Shown: in pieces, positions 9,151 to 19,204 of the stretch
Numbering within the stretch: position 1 is the first letter of the stretch
How the letters are laid out: every line of letters starts with the position of its first letter
Source: Giardia intestinalis
Lineage: Eukaryota
NCBI GenBank assembly: GCA_000002435.2
Contig: CM018789.1
Direction: 5' to 3' (one strand)
DNA length: 64,000 nt
The notes under the pieces: generated by a model
Database searches by the model: none
Told to the model about the DNA's origin: nothing
What the model saw: the letters and a program-made list of their open reading frames with translations, nothing else
Made by a program: the position numbers and the translations under genes

Positions 9151-10638
9151 ATGGCAGAGGTGCAGCAGCTGCCGTCAAAGTTCATCTCCGTCCACGGTCT
9201 TTCGGCTGCTCGTGGGAAGAAGTACCTCTGCGTGATCTGCAATTCAGAAGGGTCCTTTCTCTGTACACAGTGCCGGAGTTGCTATTGTTGTCGCGAGCAC
9301 TTGCTGCTGGATGACCTTGCATGCCATTCATTGCTTTGCGACAGGCAGTCAGCCATACGAGAGATAATGAAACTCCCTCTGGCCACACGTACTCGGCCAG
9401 AGATTGCTACAAAGCTTACCATTCTTCAGGACGAGTGTCGGCGCGTTGCATATTTGGAATCACGACGGCATGTACTAGAAGGGAACAATGAACTGGCCCT
9501 TCCGGCAGCTGAGCGCTCTCTGATTTTTGCAAAGGCTGTCCATGGGGACAACTCTATAGAATTAATACCACCCCTCCTAGCCCTTGCTGATGTGGCGTGT
9601 CTGGCAGGAGCACAAGACGCGGCACGTGGATACGCTTCGCGAGCAAGGTGGCTACTTCTAGGCAAAGAGACAGAACTGCGGTTGCTGGTGGAGACTCACC
9701 TGAGACCTTATGTCCGTCAATGCAACGAGGTGGTGAATAGGCTTACTGGACGGAATACTGGCTGCCTTTCAGCGAAGCTATCTAATACAAAGTCGCAAGG
9801 ATTGCAAAAGCTAACAAAACCCTTTGGAAAAGCGTTCTCCAGCACTAGTACTCGTCTAAAATTACCATCTCATCCTGTGAGTAAGGATCTATCTACAGAG
9901 AAGCTGCAGAAGGCTGAGGAGTCTTCGAGCTCTGAGCTATACCTAGACAATTGCATTAGTGACGAAATATTTCGAACGAAAGAAGGGATTCGACTTGCCT
10001 TTCTATCGTGCCGCTATTGGTCCACAGAGACTCGTCTTAGAGCAGCCGAGAACCTATATGTGGAGGCTTTGGACACAGCAGCTATAGCTTGCTACTTTGC
10101 TGCACTGGCATCCGGCCCCACTAGCATGTCAACGTGTTTGCAATTGTACGCTGTTTCTAAGCTTCTTATTCTTTCTATGGTATCCCAGGAGTCTCATGCG
10201 GTTTCAGTAATGCTGCAAGCACAGGACATGCTGCGGGGGACAATTATCCAGTTTTACGCACCATATGTTATCGGGATACAGCACTACTGCACTGATAATA
10301 GCTGTGAGCCAGATAGTCAGATACTTAGCAAGTTCATGGCAGAGTTCCAACGATCAGATAGAAGGCGCGAGGAAGACGAACGGTTGGCTTTCCGCGCAGA
10401 CATCAAGGAGGCTGTGCAATATATCTTATTTACTGTGGACTATCTAGAACGACACTACGGTCACAAAGCCAAGTGCTTTATCGAGTGCGTCATGTGTCTG
10501 GCTCTGTGCCTAGAAATAGTGGAAGATGCCAGTAGAAGCGAATACATCACAAAGGCATGGGAGCTTGTTCGCAGCGTCGACGAGACGATAATCAATCCAG
10601 TCTTATTCAAAATCTTTATCTTCACTTTTCCAGTTTAA
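9151..10638 (+). CDS. zf-MYND domain-containing protein
   Basis: MAEVQQLPSKF... is followed by CVICNSEGSFLCTQCRSCYCCREHLLLDDLACHSLLC, a C-x2-C...C-x2-C...C-x3-C...H-x3-C MYND pattern. The listed ORF start at 8980 is GTG and overlaps the branching-enzyme CDS. The ATG at 9151 is preceded by TAAAATTATCAATTTTGCGG. Confidence 0.6.
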   Translation: MAEVQQLPSKFISVHGLSAARGKKYLCVICNSEGSFLCTQCRSCYCCREHLLLDDLACHSLLCDRQSAIREIMKLPLATRTRPEIATKLTILQDECRRVAYLESRRHVLEGNNELALPAAERSLIFAKAVHGDNSIELIPPLLALADVACLAGAQDAARGYASRARWLLLGKETELRLLVETHLRPYVRQCNEVVNRLTGRNTGCLSAKLSNTKSQGLQKLTKPFGKAFSSTSTRLKLPSHPVSKDLSTEKLQKAEESSSSELYLDNCISDEIFRTKEGIRLAFLSCRYWSTETRLRAAENLYVEALDTAAIACYFAALASGPTSMSTCLQLYAVSKLLILSMVSQESHAVSVMLQAQDMLRGTIIQFYAPYVIGIQHYCTDNSCEPDSQILSKFMAEFQRSDRRREEDERLAFRADIKEAVQYILFTVDYLERHYGHKAKCFIECVMCLALCLEIVEDASRSEYITKAWELVRSVDETIINPVLFKIFIFTFPV

Positions 10639-10726
10639 GCAGACCTATCTATAGTCCTACAGAATCCCAAAACAGGTATTAATAAATATGGGTGTGCGAA
10701 TGGTTGAGGGTAGTTTGGCAGTAAAT

Positions 10727-11410
10727 TCAGTGACTGACGTGGAGTCCATAAACGTTAGAATCGTCGTCAAAACCGAAGGCAAGAGCTTCATCCCGCGTGA
10801 CATGATGGGCAATTTGTGCTACTGTCTCCGCTAGCTCCCGACTCACTGGATCTAAGCGGCGAACACTATTGGCAATGTCTGGATCCTTGCTGCGAGTCAG
10901 GCTGGTGATTTCGGGGTTCTTCGGTATATCTGTGTATGCATAGACTCTGTCAAGGTTTGCTTGGGAGCGTTTGGTATTATCCGCTATTCTAGACAAAACG
11001 CTCTTAGGCGTGAGCTTATCCTTGGGGGTCCCCTCACAGAGAGAAGAAGCGAGAGCTGACGCATATTTATGGACAGAAAACAGGCCTGGCTTCCTCTGGA
11101 ACGCACGCACCGACCGTGGAGACATGACAGACATACTCGCTTCGGAAAGGGCACTCCTATTCATAGAATCCACTAGTGCAAGGTTCCGCTCTGAAAGGGA
11201 GCCCACGGGTGAATTTCTATAAAAGACACGAGTGCCAAGGTCTCGAACTGAGCGTGTTGCCCCTGTAGGATTCAACCGGGCCGAAGTGTGCATTCGCGAG
11301 GAAGCTAGTGACCACGGGGTCCGCGAATCTGCCACTTCTTGAGATATGCATGAAGAAGACTCGCTGTTGCTAACTGAAAAGGAATGCTGCTGCTCTTCGG
11401 CAAAATTCAT
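10727..11410 (-). CDS. Hypothetical Ser-rich protein. The start is uncertain: alternative ATG at 11515, and the listed start at 11560 is GTG.
   Basis: The ATG at 11410 (MNFAEEQQ...) is preceded by CCTTTAAATTAATCGCCAGAGCGCGA. It lies 49 bp downstream of the stop of the same-strand Ser-rich ORF 11460..13697 in another frame, so the two may be one gene split by a frameshift. Confidence 0.4.
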   Translation of the reverse strand: MNFAEEQQHSFSVSNSESSSCISQEVADSRTPWSLASSRMHTSARLNPTGATRSVRDLGTRVFYRNSPVGSLSERNLALVDSMNRSALSEASMSVMSPRSVRAFQRKPGLFSVHKYASALASSLCEGTPKDKLTPKSVLSRIADNTKRSQANLDRVYAYTDIPKNPEITSLTRSKDPDIANSVRRLDPVSRELAETVAQIAHHVTRDEALAFGFDDDSNVYGLHVSH

Positions 11411-11459
11411 TCGCGCTCTGGCGATTAATTTAAAGGATAGGCGCTCATCTCCCCTGTAC

Positions 11460-13697
11460 TCATATACGCATTCGAGGAGATGATGCAGATTTTGGCCTCT
11501 TTCTGCGCCTCTCATACGTCGTGCCACTGCTGGTTGCACGCCTTTGCGGGGTTTGCACACGCGCCTGGAAAAAGATTGAAGATTGGTCGTGAGGCTGCGG
11601 CTTAATAGCCGATATCTTCAGAGCATCTATGTTATAGTTTAATTCCTTCATTATCTCAGGAAGCTGGGCCAGTGTTATAGTCTCTCCTTGTTTATAGTAA
11701 AAGTACGGTAACAGATTGACAACATCTAGCTTGGTAGAAGAACGATTTAGCGCTGACTCTCTTAAATCAAAGACTCCAGAGATGATGTTGGAAGAACCAG
11801 GGGCTACATATTGAGGTGTGGAGGAATTATGCCTGTCCTCCAAATCTTCTAATACCACGTGTTTTGCCTCTTGCTCTACCTCTTTACTAACATGTCGCAA
11901 CAGTGGTTGATTTGCAGTGGTGCTAGAGTTCGATGGGGACCTTTTATATATTTGCAGGTTGTGATTTGGCGGAGGAATAGGTCGAGCAGGTCGCGCTGGA
12001 GGCTTAATGGTTTGTGGAGGGACAATTCTTTGCCCTGCTTTAGTATACATCGGCTTACTGGGCCGTTCTCCCTGCAGTTTTATGTCTAGAGATCTATCTA
12101 AGGTCATGGCATTCGGCTCCATTGTGGCTGTGGTGGCGCGTCTGGGCTCAATAACCATGGTTCGTTTGGCTGATGCTGCATTCACTAAATCTTCATCTAT
12201 GCTTCCGGTCCTCTGTGGGTACACTAGGGAGGGATTAGGGCTATACAATGTAACGTCGGTCATGTCCATGTTTCTAATGGGAGAGGGCGCAATGGGCTGT
12301 GCATATGTTGGCGATAAAGCAACATAATGCGGGGAGCAACGAAGTTCACCACTCCGTCCTTTGGGTGTGTGGTCCTGATCATCTGTATAGCATGCCTCCT
12401 GCGCTGGTATCCACTGCTGCTTTGGCTTGACTCTAGGTGAGGCTATCCGTTGTGGTCCAGTAAATATACAAAAAGAGGTCTTCTGGGCAGACAACGATCG
12501 TCGAGCGCTGGCATCTCTGGAAGCTGAGGCATTCCGGTGAAGTGTTGCAAAACTCAGAGCTCTCCCATTTAACTGGTCACTAATCCATGTGGTTTCTCGA
12601 CGCATTCTCTTGTGTGCAAGTGCCTGGCGCTCACGTGGAGTAAGTTGATGGCGCTTTGGTGGGACTGGAAAGACGAGACGCGCAGCTGGCTTGATTGATG
12701 TTCGAGCATCACTACTGACGGACCTAATGTGTGGTTGGCTGCTAATTCGGGGTGGCTGTATTTTGGTAGATGTACTACGTGGTCTGCTAAAGGAAGAATC
12801 ACGTCCACTAGAACTCAATGGCCGAAATAATTCTGGCGGCTGCTTTCTAATTGCTGATGCAGAAACACCTGGTGTACCAGAGCTCTTGCTAAAGGGTATC
12901 TGAGGTACAATATTTCCTCGCACGCTAAGAGCCCGAGCTGCCTTTGAGCAATAAAGCAGACCCCTATCAGGAGATGCTTCAGATGCTATAAACCGGCGTG
13001 CCTGGGCTTGCATAAATGACTTCTTTGGGTCGATGAATACCAGATCGGTCTCTGACAGCCGGTCGCTGTCTTTGGATTGGACATCAGCGGGAAAACTACA
13101 TTCAGCCTTAGTTGACATATTCTGCAATGATGTTCGTTGAATATTAGTTGTCTCAGAAATAGACTCGGACGGAGATTGGATCTCGCCATGCATACTTCTC
13201 AGCTGTACTGCATTGATCTCCTCTACCAAGTCAGGTACAGGGCGAGATCGAAGCTCTCCGCTTTCATCTAACGTAGACTGTGTCGAATAATACATTGAAT
13301 TAGATCCTTCTGCACGGGTCTTGATAAATGTCACGTTTGCAAAGCATTTGCCAAGTTCTCTACTGCGTGCGGACCGCGTTGGCCGTGGGGACCGTCTATT
13401 GCTCATCACTGGCCTTGGCTGGTTAGCATCGATAAGACTCATCAGACTAGAACCAGGTGGTTTCTTGAGTGGAGACACGGCACGCGAAGAAATACTTTGC
13501 GAAAGTGCCGATGCCGTGCGTCCTAGAAGAACGTTCTCCAGCCTGCCCCTAGTAAGGGTCGCCCCTTGAGACTCAGCCCTTATTCCAGAAACTACCGCCG
13601 TCATATGCTGAACGGCTCGAACGGCAGAACGAGGAGATCCAGGGTCGCGTTTCGGAGATTTTCTAACCCGACCTGTGGGCGAAACTATCCGCTCCAT
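11460..13697 (-). CDS. Hypothetical Ser/Pro/Arg-rich low-complexity protein (about 745 aa)
   Basis: The long ORF's listed start at 13703 is TTG. The first ATG, at 13697, is preceded by GTACAATAAATTCTAATTTTTGTCA. Confidence 0.55.
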   Translation of the reverse strand: MERIVSPTGRVRKSPKRDPGSPRSAVRAVQHMTAVVSGIRAESQGATLTRGRLENVLLGRTASALSQSISSRAVSPLKKPPGSSLMSLIDANQPRPVMSNRRSPRPTRSARSRELGKCFANVTFIKTRAEGSNSMYYSTQSTLDESGELRSRPVPDLVEEINAVQLRSMHGEIQSPSESISETTNIQRTSLQNMSTKAECSFPADVQSKDSDRLSETDLVFIDPKKSFMQAQARRFIASEASPDRGLLYCSKAARALSVRGNIVPQIPFSKSSGTPGVSASAIRKQPPELFRPLSSSGRDSSFSRPRSTSTKIQPPRISSQPHIRSVSSDARTSIKPAARLVFPVPPKRHQLTPRERQALAHKRMRRETTWISDQLNGRALSFATLHRNASASRDASARRSLSAQKTSFCIFTGPQRIASPRVKPKQQWIPAQEACYTDDQDHTPKGRSGELRCSPHYVALSPTYAQPIAPSPIRNMDMTDVTLYSPNPSLVYPQRTGSIDEDLVNAASAKRTMVIEPRRATTATMEPNAMTLDRSLDIKLQGERPSKPMYTKAGQRIVPPQTIKPPARPARPIPPPNHNLQIYKRSPSNSSTTANQPLLRHVSKEVEQEAKHVVLEDLEDRHNSSTPQYVAPGSSNIISGVFDLRESALNRSSTKLDVVNLLPYFYYKQGETITLAQLPEIMKELNYNIDALKISAIKPQPHDQSSIFFQARVQTPQRRATSSGTTYERRRKRPKSASSPRMRI

Positions 13698-13825
13698 TGA
13701 CAAAAATTAGAATTTATTGTACTTGCTTGGAGTACGTTTCTGCAAGAACCATCGTAAACAAAAACAATATCAAACAGCAAGTTATTGTAGAACTAAGATG
13801 GCGCAATACCGAGCGGCGAGACACT

Positions 13826-14089
13826 CTAGTGCCACTTTTTAAAGGGGACTATTTCTGCTAAGTCATCTGTCTTCCCCAGCATAGAATCTGCAATCTCTGT
13901 GAACACAGACCCAAACTTCTGAGCAAACGCCTTGATCTGCTCCTTTTGGGTGTCTGTCAGAGTCCCTTGTCTTGGTCGTAAGGGGACATACAATTCAAAG
14001 GCAAGGCGCGTTACAACGTCTTGGTATTTTTGTTTAAAATCGTCCATCAGTGCGTCTTTTAAACGCTGAACCTCTCTTGGCAGCCTCAT
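13826..14089 (-). CDS. Small hypothetical protein (87 aa)
   Basis: The listed ORF start at 14179 is GTG. The first ATG, at 14089 (MRLPREVQRLKDALMDDFKQKYQDVV...), is divergent from gene 14153..15253 and shares an AT-rich element with it. Confidence 0.4.
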   Translation of the reverse strand: MRLPREVQRLKDALMDDFKQKYQDVVTRLAFELYVPLRPRQGTLTDTQKEQIKAFAQKFGSVFTEIADSMLGKTDDLAEIVPFKKWH

Positions 14090-14152
14090 AAAGACAGCTC
14101 CCTGCTCCGTCCGATAAGAAGAAATTTTTAATCGTCTTTGGAGCTCCAGTAC
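14090..14152. promoter_or_regulatory. Candidate bidirectional AT-rich promoter/initiator between divergent genes
   Basis: A 63-bp spacer containing GATAAGAAGAAATTTTTAATCG separates the divergent ATGs at 14089 (-) and 14153 (+). Confidence 0.45.
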
Positions 14153-15253
14153 ATGGAGTTTATTTTTCCAGATGATCACAGATCAAATGAGCCTGCCTCT
14201 GAGCACATTGAGTCTGCGCATATTGACCAACAAGATTGTGACAGTAAAAAGTCCGCAGTCCACGTTGCAACGCCTTTGGTAAATGAGCCAACCAGAGCTT
14301 CGAAAAGCCTGCAGTCTCTAAGTACAGCACTTCGCAGAACATTCGACTCCATACGAGAGAAGAAGGGCGATCATGACCCATCCATCCTCTCCTTCACAGA
14401 GGCAAGTATAGTCCTTCCATATTATCAGGTAGGAAAGACTGACATGCGGCGAGTCAGTCTCGGTCTTTATGCTATATACGTCTTCTTAGCATCAAGCTGG
14501 GTGGCCAACAAACTGGAATTTGGGTTTGAATACAGCAACAAGGTGTATACTCTGGATGAGGCGTCTACGGCACCGGGTTTAGCAGCAGTGATTCGAAAGA
14601 CACTCCCTGCCGAGAAGTTTCTGTTTCGATTCACTGAGCCGTTTGACAATTCCATAGATTGTGCGCTTGCTAATGCAATCCGTGCTGCTCCATCCCTGAT
14701 TCAATATCCTAAAGGGTTCTACTCTCTAACCGGGGTGTTTGCGGATCCAGGACTTAACCGTTACTTAATAGATGAAGCGCTGAGTTATCAGTATGGGATC
14801 TTGGACGGTCTTGTGGCCCGGGGAGTTGTGCAAAGAAAAAAGCGGCTCTTTTCTACGTCGTATCAGTTTTCGTCCACCATCATACCCGTGCTAACATGCC
14901 TAGTGCTGCATGTACGGAGCATAATGTTATCTAATTTTAGCTCTAACAGGCAGGATGATGAGAGCGAATTCAGCAAGTTAGATTGTGAAACATACAAATT
15001 GGCGGCGTTGTACTCTGCTTTCAGTATTTCTAAGCTTTCAGTAGACTACGATCCCAGCTTCCAGATTCCTCGGGCCAACAAGTCCAGACTGTCGGACCGC
15101 GTACGCATGCTTGCTAGCATGGCGGTGTTTCTTTGGAAATCTCCAGCTTTGATGTTACAGCCAGAGAACGTAAAGGCTCGAGACGCTGTAGGGGCTTCCC
15201 TGCTAGGGGAAGCGATGGCACTGGGCGTCCGCGTCTCCAATAGCGTGTTGTGA
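14153..15253 (+). CDS. Hypothetical protein (about 366 aa)
   Basis: The listed start at 14138 is TTG. The first ATG is at 14153 (MEFIFPDD...). No family motif was recognised. Confidence 0.5.
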   Translation: MEFIFPDDHRSNEPASEHIESAHIDQQDCDSKKSAVHVATPLVNEPTRASKSLQSLSTALRRTFDSIREKKGDHDPSILSFTEASIVLPYYQVGKTDMRRVSLGLYAIYVFLASSWVANKLEFGFEYSNKVYTLDEASTAPGLAAVIRKTLPAEKFLFRFTEPFDNSIDCALANAIRAAPSLIQYPKGFYSLTGVFADPGLNRYLIDEALSYQYGILDGLVARGVVQRKKRLFSTSYQFSSTIIPVLTCLVLHVRSIMLSNFSSNRQDDESEFSKLDCETYKLAALYSAFSISKLSVDYDPSFQIPRANKSRLSDRVRMLASMAVFLWKSPALMLQPENVKARDAVGASLLGEAMALGVRVSNSVL

Positions 15254-15313
15254 TCGTAAATTTAAGCAAAACATTGGAGTCTTTAAGGTCAAGGCTTTAG
15301 GTTGGTGCGCTCA

Positions 15314-17185
15314 ATGGGAGACATTAAGACGGCTACTTTCAAAGACTTATGCCCAGAGGATCGGGCGAAGATCCAAAAGCTACTTGGCGAGCTGGTCACA
15401 GTAAAGAAAGAGAAGGAGCTCCTAGAAGAGTCTGTGCGCGTTCAGTCGAGTAACCATCGTCGTGAGTTAGCCAAGATGAAAGCAGATAACCGCAACTTAA
15501 TGGATAGACTCCGGCATTACATGTCTGTAGTGTCCCAAAGTACTGCAGGGGATGGCTCCCTATCTTCTTCAACAAATGGTCGACCAAAGTCCGCAGGCTC
15601 AATAAAGCAGAATAACGCAGACAGTTTACGAGACATACTGAGTTCAAAGAAGCCAGATACTGCGTGTAGAGGTACTCTTACGGAGATCAGTATGCAGAGC
15701 GGGCGGGTGGCAGAGGTGCAAACAGTGTCCTACCCCTTCTCTAGTTCAGGGCGTGACCTTCCTCCCATGGGCCCTGGTACTCACTTAATCTATCCGTACC
15801 CGCTTCAGCCTATGCTTGTAGGTGCTGACCAGTACAGCCACGAGTTGATGGCTCTCAAAGCGCAGGTGGCTGCCCTCTCTAGCGCTGTACCTACAGTTAA
15901 GTTTACTGGTGTGGATAGAGAAGAACGCGTAAAAGCCTTCTCCCCCAAATCGGCCACAATTAACAATATTAAGCTTAGCAGCACGTCTGCACGCGCACTG
16001 GGTGCGTTGCCGAGCGTTGAGGACCTCAATAGATCTCTTCCGACACTTTCCTTGGCCAACTCATCACATCTTATGACGAGCATGGATGCCGAAGGCAGGG
16101 CAACACAAGAGAAGAGCGCTTTCTCTACTGATTCGCTTAATATTTCTACATATACTCCATACGTACCAATCTCAGGTTCCATTTTGGATGCCATTCAAGA
16201 GACACTCCCGAATTTGAATTATATTGGAGGTTATCATCAAAATGTTAGTTCTCATCCAACAATGCCAAAAACTGACGATCAATACCTGGAGTCACCGCTC
16301 CAAGCTGCTGATAAAGCAACTAGTGTGTTATCTGATATTGCACGGCCAAATATCTCTACTTCATCATATCCTAGCAAACCGTATGACTTCTCCCAGTCAC
16401 AAAGCGAAAGTCTTGTAGAACGACACCGAGATCCCAGCAAGGAACTTCTTTCATTAATTAACCACACCCATAATTTTGTCACACCCCCGTCTCAGTGTTC
16501 GACCCTTCCAGAAGACAGTCATAATATGGATACGCCCCAAGGGCCCGTCTCAGAAGCGTCTGCCTTAACTGGTACAGCAACCCGCCCACTGCGCAAGGTA
16601 CATACGCCACAGAGTGTGCACAAAGACAAGGATGTGTATGACATCATGGAACCTCCTGGAGCGAGCTTTACCACTCCCCAGGTATACTGCGCCACTGCAC
16701 AAAGGGGTGTAGAGACGCCAGTGAAGCTAGAAGTCATTGAGCCTCCGTCAATGCTAAGGAACACGCCTTCTCCGGTTGTAGAGCAACTAATTAGCAGATC
16801 ACCCACAAGCTCAAGCATGCAGCCTATGGTCACGTTACCAGGGTCTGATCGTGGATATCACGAGCCACTTGATCGTCTTTCTGTCGAAAGTGCACAAACT
16901 TTACCAAGAGACATGATCAATCTTCACACAAACAATCAAGATCAATTATACCCTCATGAGTACTTGCTAGACTTTACTGAAAGACGCCCATTTCCATCAG
17001 ACTTTGATCCCTCTCCACCTGCTGCTCCTGTGCAACTCAAAGGAACCCGGCCTAACCAAGATATCATAGTAAAGAGCATGACCAAAGCTAGTGCAGAAGG
17101 TTGGAGAGGCGGGGGGAATCACTACATACATAGTACACAGATCAGCGACGATACACAGACAGTGGTGCGATTTCTCAATTCCTAA
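15314..17185 (+). CDS. Hypothetical protein with an N-terminal coiled coil and a Ser/Pro-rich C-terminal region (about 623 aa)
   Basis: The listed start at 15302 is TTG. The first ATG is at 15314 (MGDIKTATFKDLCPEDRAKIQKLLGELVTVKKEKELLEE...). Confidence 0.5.
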   Translation: MGDIKTATFKDLCPEDRAKIQKLLGELVTVKKEKELLEESVRVQSSNHRRELAKMKADNRNLMDRLRHYMSVVSQSTAGDGSLSSSTNGRPKSAGSIKQNNADSLRDILSSKKPDTACRGTLTEISMQSGRVAEVQTVSYPFSSSGRDLPPMGPGTHLIYPYPLQPMLVGADQYSHELMALKAQVAALSSAVPTVKFTGVDREERVKAFSPKSATINNIKLSSTSARALGALPSVEDLNRSLPTLSLANSSHLMTSMDAEGRATQEKSAFSTDSLNISTYTPYVPISGSILDAIQETLPNLNYIGGYHQNVSSHPTMPKTDDQYLESPLQAADKATSVLSDIARPNISTSSYPSKPYDFSQSQSESLVERHRDPSKELLSLINHTHNFVTPPSQCSTLPEDSHNMDTPQGPVSEASALTGTATRPLRKVHTPQSVHKDKDVYDIMEPPGASFTTPQVYCATAQRGVETPVKLEVIEPPSMLRNTPSPVVEQLISRSPTSSSMQPMVTLPGSDRGYHEPLDRLSVESAQTLPRDMINLHTNNQDQLYPHEYLLDFTERRPFPSDFDPSPPAAPVQLKGTRPNQDIIVKSMTKASAEGWRGGGNHYIHSTQISDDTQTVVRFLNS

Positions 17186-17214
17186 CTTGTATCTCTGTAA
17201 ATCGAAAACTGACA

Positions 17215-18315
17215 ATGACCTTCTTGGCGCTTTTTCTCCTTATAGGCCTTGCCTCTATTTTTTGTGGCTCAGTATTGTCATCGCTAACCCTGCGGCTCAT
17301 ACTGGAACTAGCTCCCAAGCTGGAAAAGGCCGGTTTGTCTGGCAGAGACCTGAACAAGGCTGTCTCTGAGAAGATCCCTGAGGACGCTGGCCTGGGGCCC
17401 TCTGCGATGTTTTTACTTACTATATCTCTTTGGAGTCTCGTAATGCCCCGCTCTTCTACGCTTCTGAGCGCTGGGTTCAGCATCATGGCATCTTCATTCC
17501 TGGGGTTTGTGGACGACGTAGTGAATCTCAGATGGCGTTACAAACTTATCGTGCCCTCCATAACCTTGCTCCCTTTGGTAGGTGCATACAGTGGTAGTGG
17601 ACTATCTCTAGGGCCTCTTCGGCTTACCTCCTCTATGACAAAGCTGTATTGTCTTCTGTTTGCCATCTTTTCCCAGAACGCGGTTAATATTTATGCAGGC
17701 ATTAACGGCCTGGAGGTGGGACAGTCCATAGTCGCGTGCACTTTTCTTCTTCCAATAGTTCTTTACAAGCTCTATGTGGCATTAGATACCACACGCTATG
17801 CAGAACATCTTGCTCCCTGGCAGCGACTTCTGTCACATCCTTCTTTATTGTCATCCTTGGTGATTATAGTATGCTTTCTGGCAGTTTCTCATCCTGTGTA
17901 TTTACTAAACAGATATCCTAGCAGAGTGTTTGTTGGGGACATCTACGCTTACTTTGCAGGGTCTGTCTTTGCATCAGCGTGCATTCTTAGCGACACTCTT
18001 ATTGCAGGTCCTCTCTTGTTTCTTCCGCAAATACTTAACTTCGTTCTTTCAGTACCGCAATTATTTGGCATTGTGCCTTGTCCCCGACACCGTCTTCCCC
18101 GTTTTTCACAGGACCATGGAACTCTAACGGGCGTGGCCACACACCTCAATCTTATAAACCAGTATCTCCGCATCCGCGGACCCCTTTCTGAAAAGAGGTT
18201 ATGCCGTGAGCTTCTCTCTATTCAGGCAATTATCAGCGCTTTTGTTGTATTGTTCTTCGTGCTTGCGCGAGGGAAGGTTGAAAATAGTTTTGTCGGCGTT
18301 CACCGAAAGCTCTAG
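17215..18315 (+). CDS. ALG7: UDP-GlcNAc:dolichyl-phosphate GlcNAc-1-phosphate transferase (ALG7/DPAGT1 family)
   Basis: Polytopic protein with family motifs FVDDVVNLRWRYKLIVP, NAVNIYAGINGLEVGQS and VFVGDIYAYFAG. The ATG at 17215 is preceded by CTGTAAATCGAAAACTGACA. Confidence 0.85.
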   Translation: MTFLALFLLIGLASIFCGSVLSSLTLRLILELAPKLEKAGLSGRDLNKAVSEKIPEDAGLGPSAMFLLTISLWSLVMPRSSTLLSAGFSIMASSFLGFVDDVVNLRWRYKLIVPSITLLPLVGAYSGSGLSLGPLRLTSSMTKLYCLLFAIFSQNAVNIYAGINGLEVGQSIVACTFLLPIVLYKLYVALDTTRYAEHLAPWQRLLSHPSLLSSLVIIVCFLAVSHPVYLLNRYPSRVFVGDIYAYFAGSVFASACILSDTLIAGPLLFLPQILNFVLSVPQLFGIVPCPRHRLPRFSQDHGTLTGVATHLNLINQYLRIRGPLSEKRLCRELLSIQAIISAFVVLFFVLARGKVENSFVGVHRKL

Positions 18316-18394
18316 ACTCTAAGCTGTGACTGCTCAACCAACTGCAACAGCCACTGAATCATTCCTTCATATTGGAACGCTGGAAGGCAGCCCT

Positions 18395-18401
18395 GTTTAC
18401 T
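18395..18401 (-). promoter_or_regulatory. Polyadenylation signal AGTAAAC overlapping the SBDS stop codon
   Basis: Minus-strand sequence AAAAAGTAAACAGG. The TAA stop is part of AGTAAAC. Confidence 0.55.
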
Positions 18402-19158
18402 TTTTCTTTCCCTTACTCTTGTTCTTTTTTCCTGGATTGGCCTCCTCAACTTGTTCAACTGCTCCGCTTGATAGGGTACACTCATACTCCCCTTTGCACA
18501 AGCTCTCCAACAAACTCATAAGCTGGTCAACGCCCTTGGGGCTAACAGAAAACTTCACGGACCAGCCTGTAGAGGTATATTCCCCGTCACCCAGGAAGTT
18601 TACGCCTATTTTCACAGCTGTCGCCTGGAGTTTGGAGACCGCGCTATATGGAACCGACAAAGAGCCCTCTATACCTCCTGGGTGCAGTAAAATGATATCC
18701 TTCTTTTCTAACATCTCTACAATCCCCGGTGCCTGCGCACTTGCTTCTATAAAGGGATCTATCTTAAGCCCAATGACTTGGTCCATAGCCGCAAGAATCC
18801 GGGCAACCGGGACTATGGAGTTGGTGTTGCTCAAGTAGTTATTGTGTAAGAAGCCTGCTATCTCTTGCTTCTTTTCTTCCACACGCCGCCGGCGCTCCTG
18901 AGTCGACAGGGACACGTGGCCGCGAGTTAGTATTTCCTGGATGGCCTCTGCCTCTGTTGCGCCCGCTTCCTTAATAGCAGCATCTGTGGCGCGCTCCCCT
19001 TGCTTTGCATCGGAGTATATCACATTTGTCACCAAGACGTTGTCCAGACTCGTGCTCTTGTTTTCTCTCCACTTGATCACAGCATCCTGATAGCAAATAA
19101 CCTCGAGCACGTTCTTGGAGAGCTTTAAGGAAACAACCTGGTGGTTTGCTGTAGCCAT
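18397..19158 (-). CDS. SBDS: SBDS/Sdo1 ribosome maturation factor
   Basis: MATANHQVVSLKLSKNVLEVICYQDAVIKWRENKS aligns to SBDS FEIACYKNKVVGWRSG. AIQEILTRGHVSLSTQERRRR aligns to ICKQILTKGEVQVSDKER. The tail is Lys-rich. The ATG at 19158 is preceded by AAAGAATTTTAAAGGACTCGACA. The listed longer ORF start at 19275 has no such context. AGTAAAC overlaps the stop. Confidence 0.85.
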   Translation of the reverse strand: MATANHQVVSLKLSKNVLEVICYQDAVIKWRENKSTSLDNVLVTNVIYSDAKQGERATDAAIKEAGATEAEAIQEILTRGHVSLSTQERRRRVEEKKQEIAGFLHNNYLSNTNSIVPVARILAAMDQVIGLKIDPFIEASAQAPGIVEMLEKKDIILLHPGGIEGSLSVPYSAVSKLQATAVKIGVNFLGDGEYTSTGWSVKFSVSPKGVDQLMSLLESLCKGEYECTLSSGAVEQVEEANPGKKNKSKGKKK

Positions 19159-19204
19159 TGTCGAGTCCTTTAAAATTCTTTTTGCGTAAGAAGGACAATG
19201 ACAA

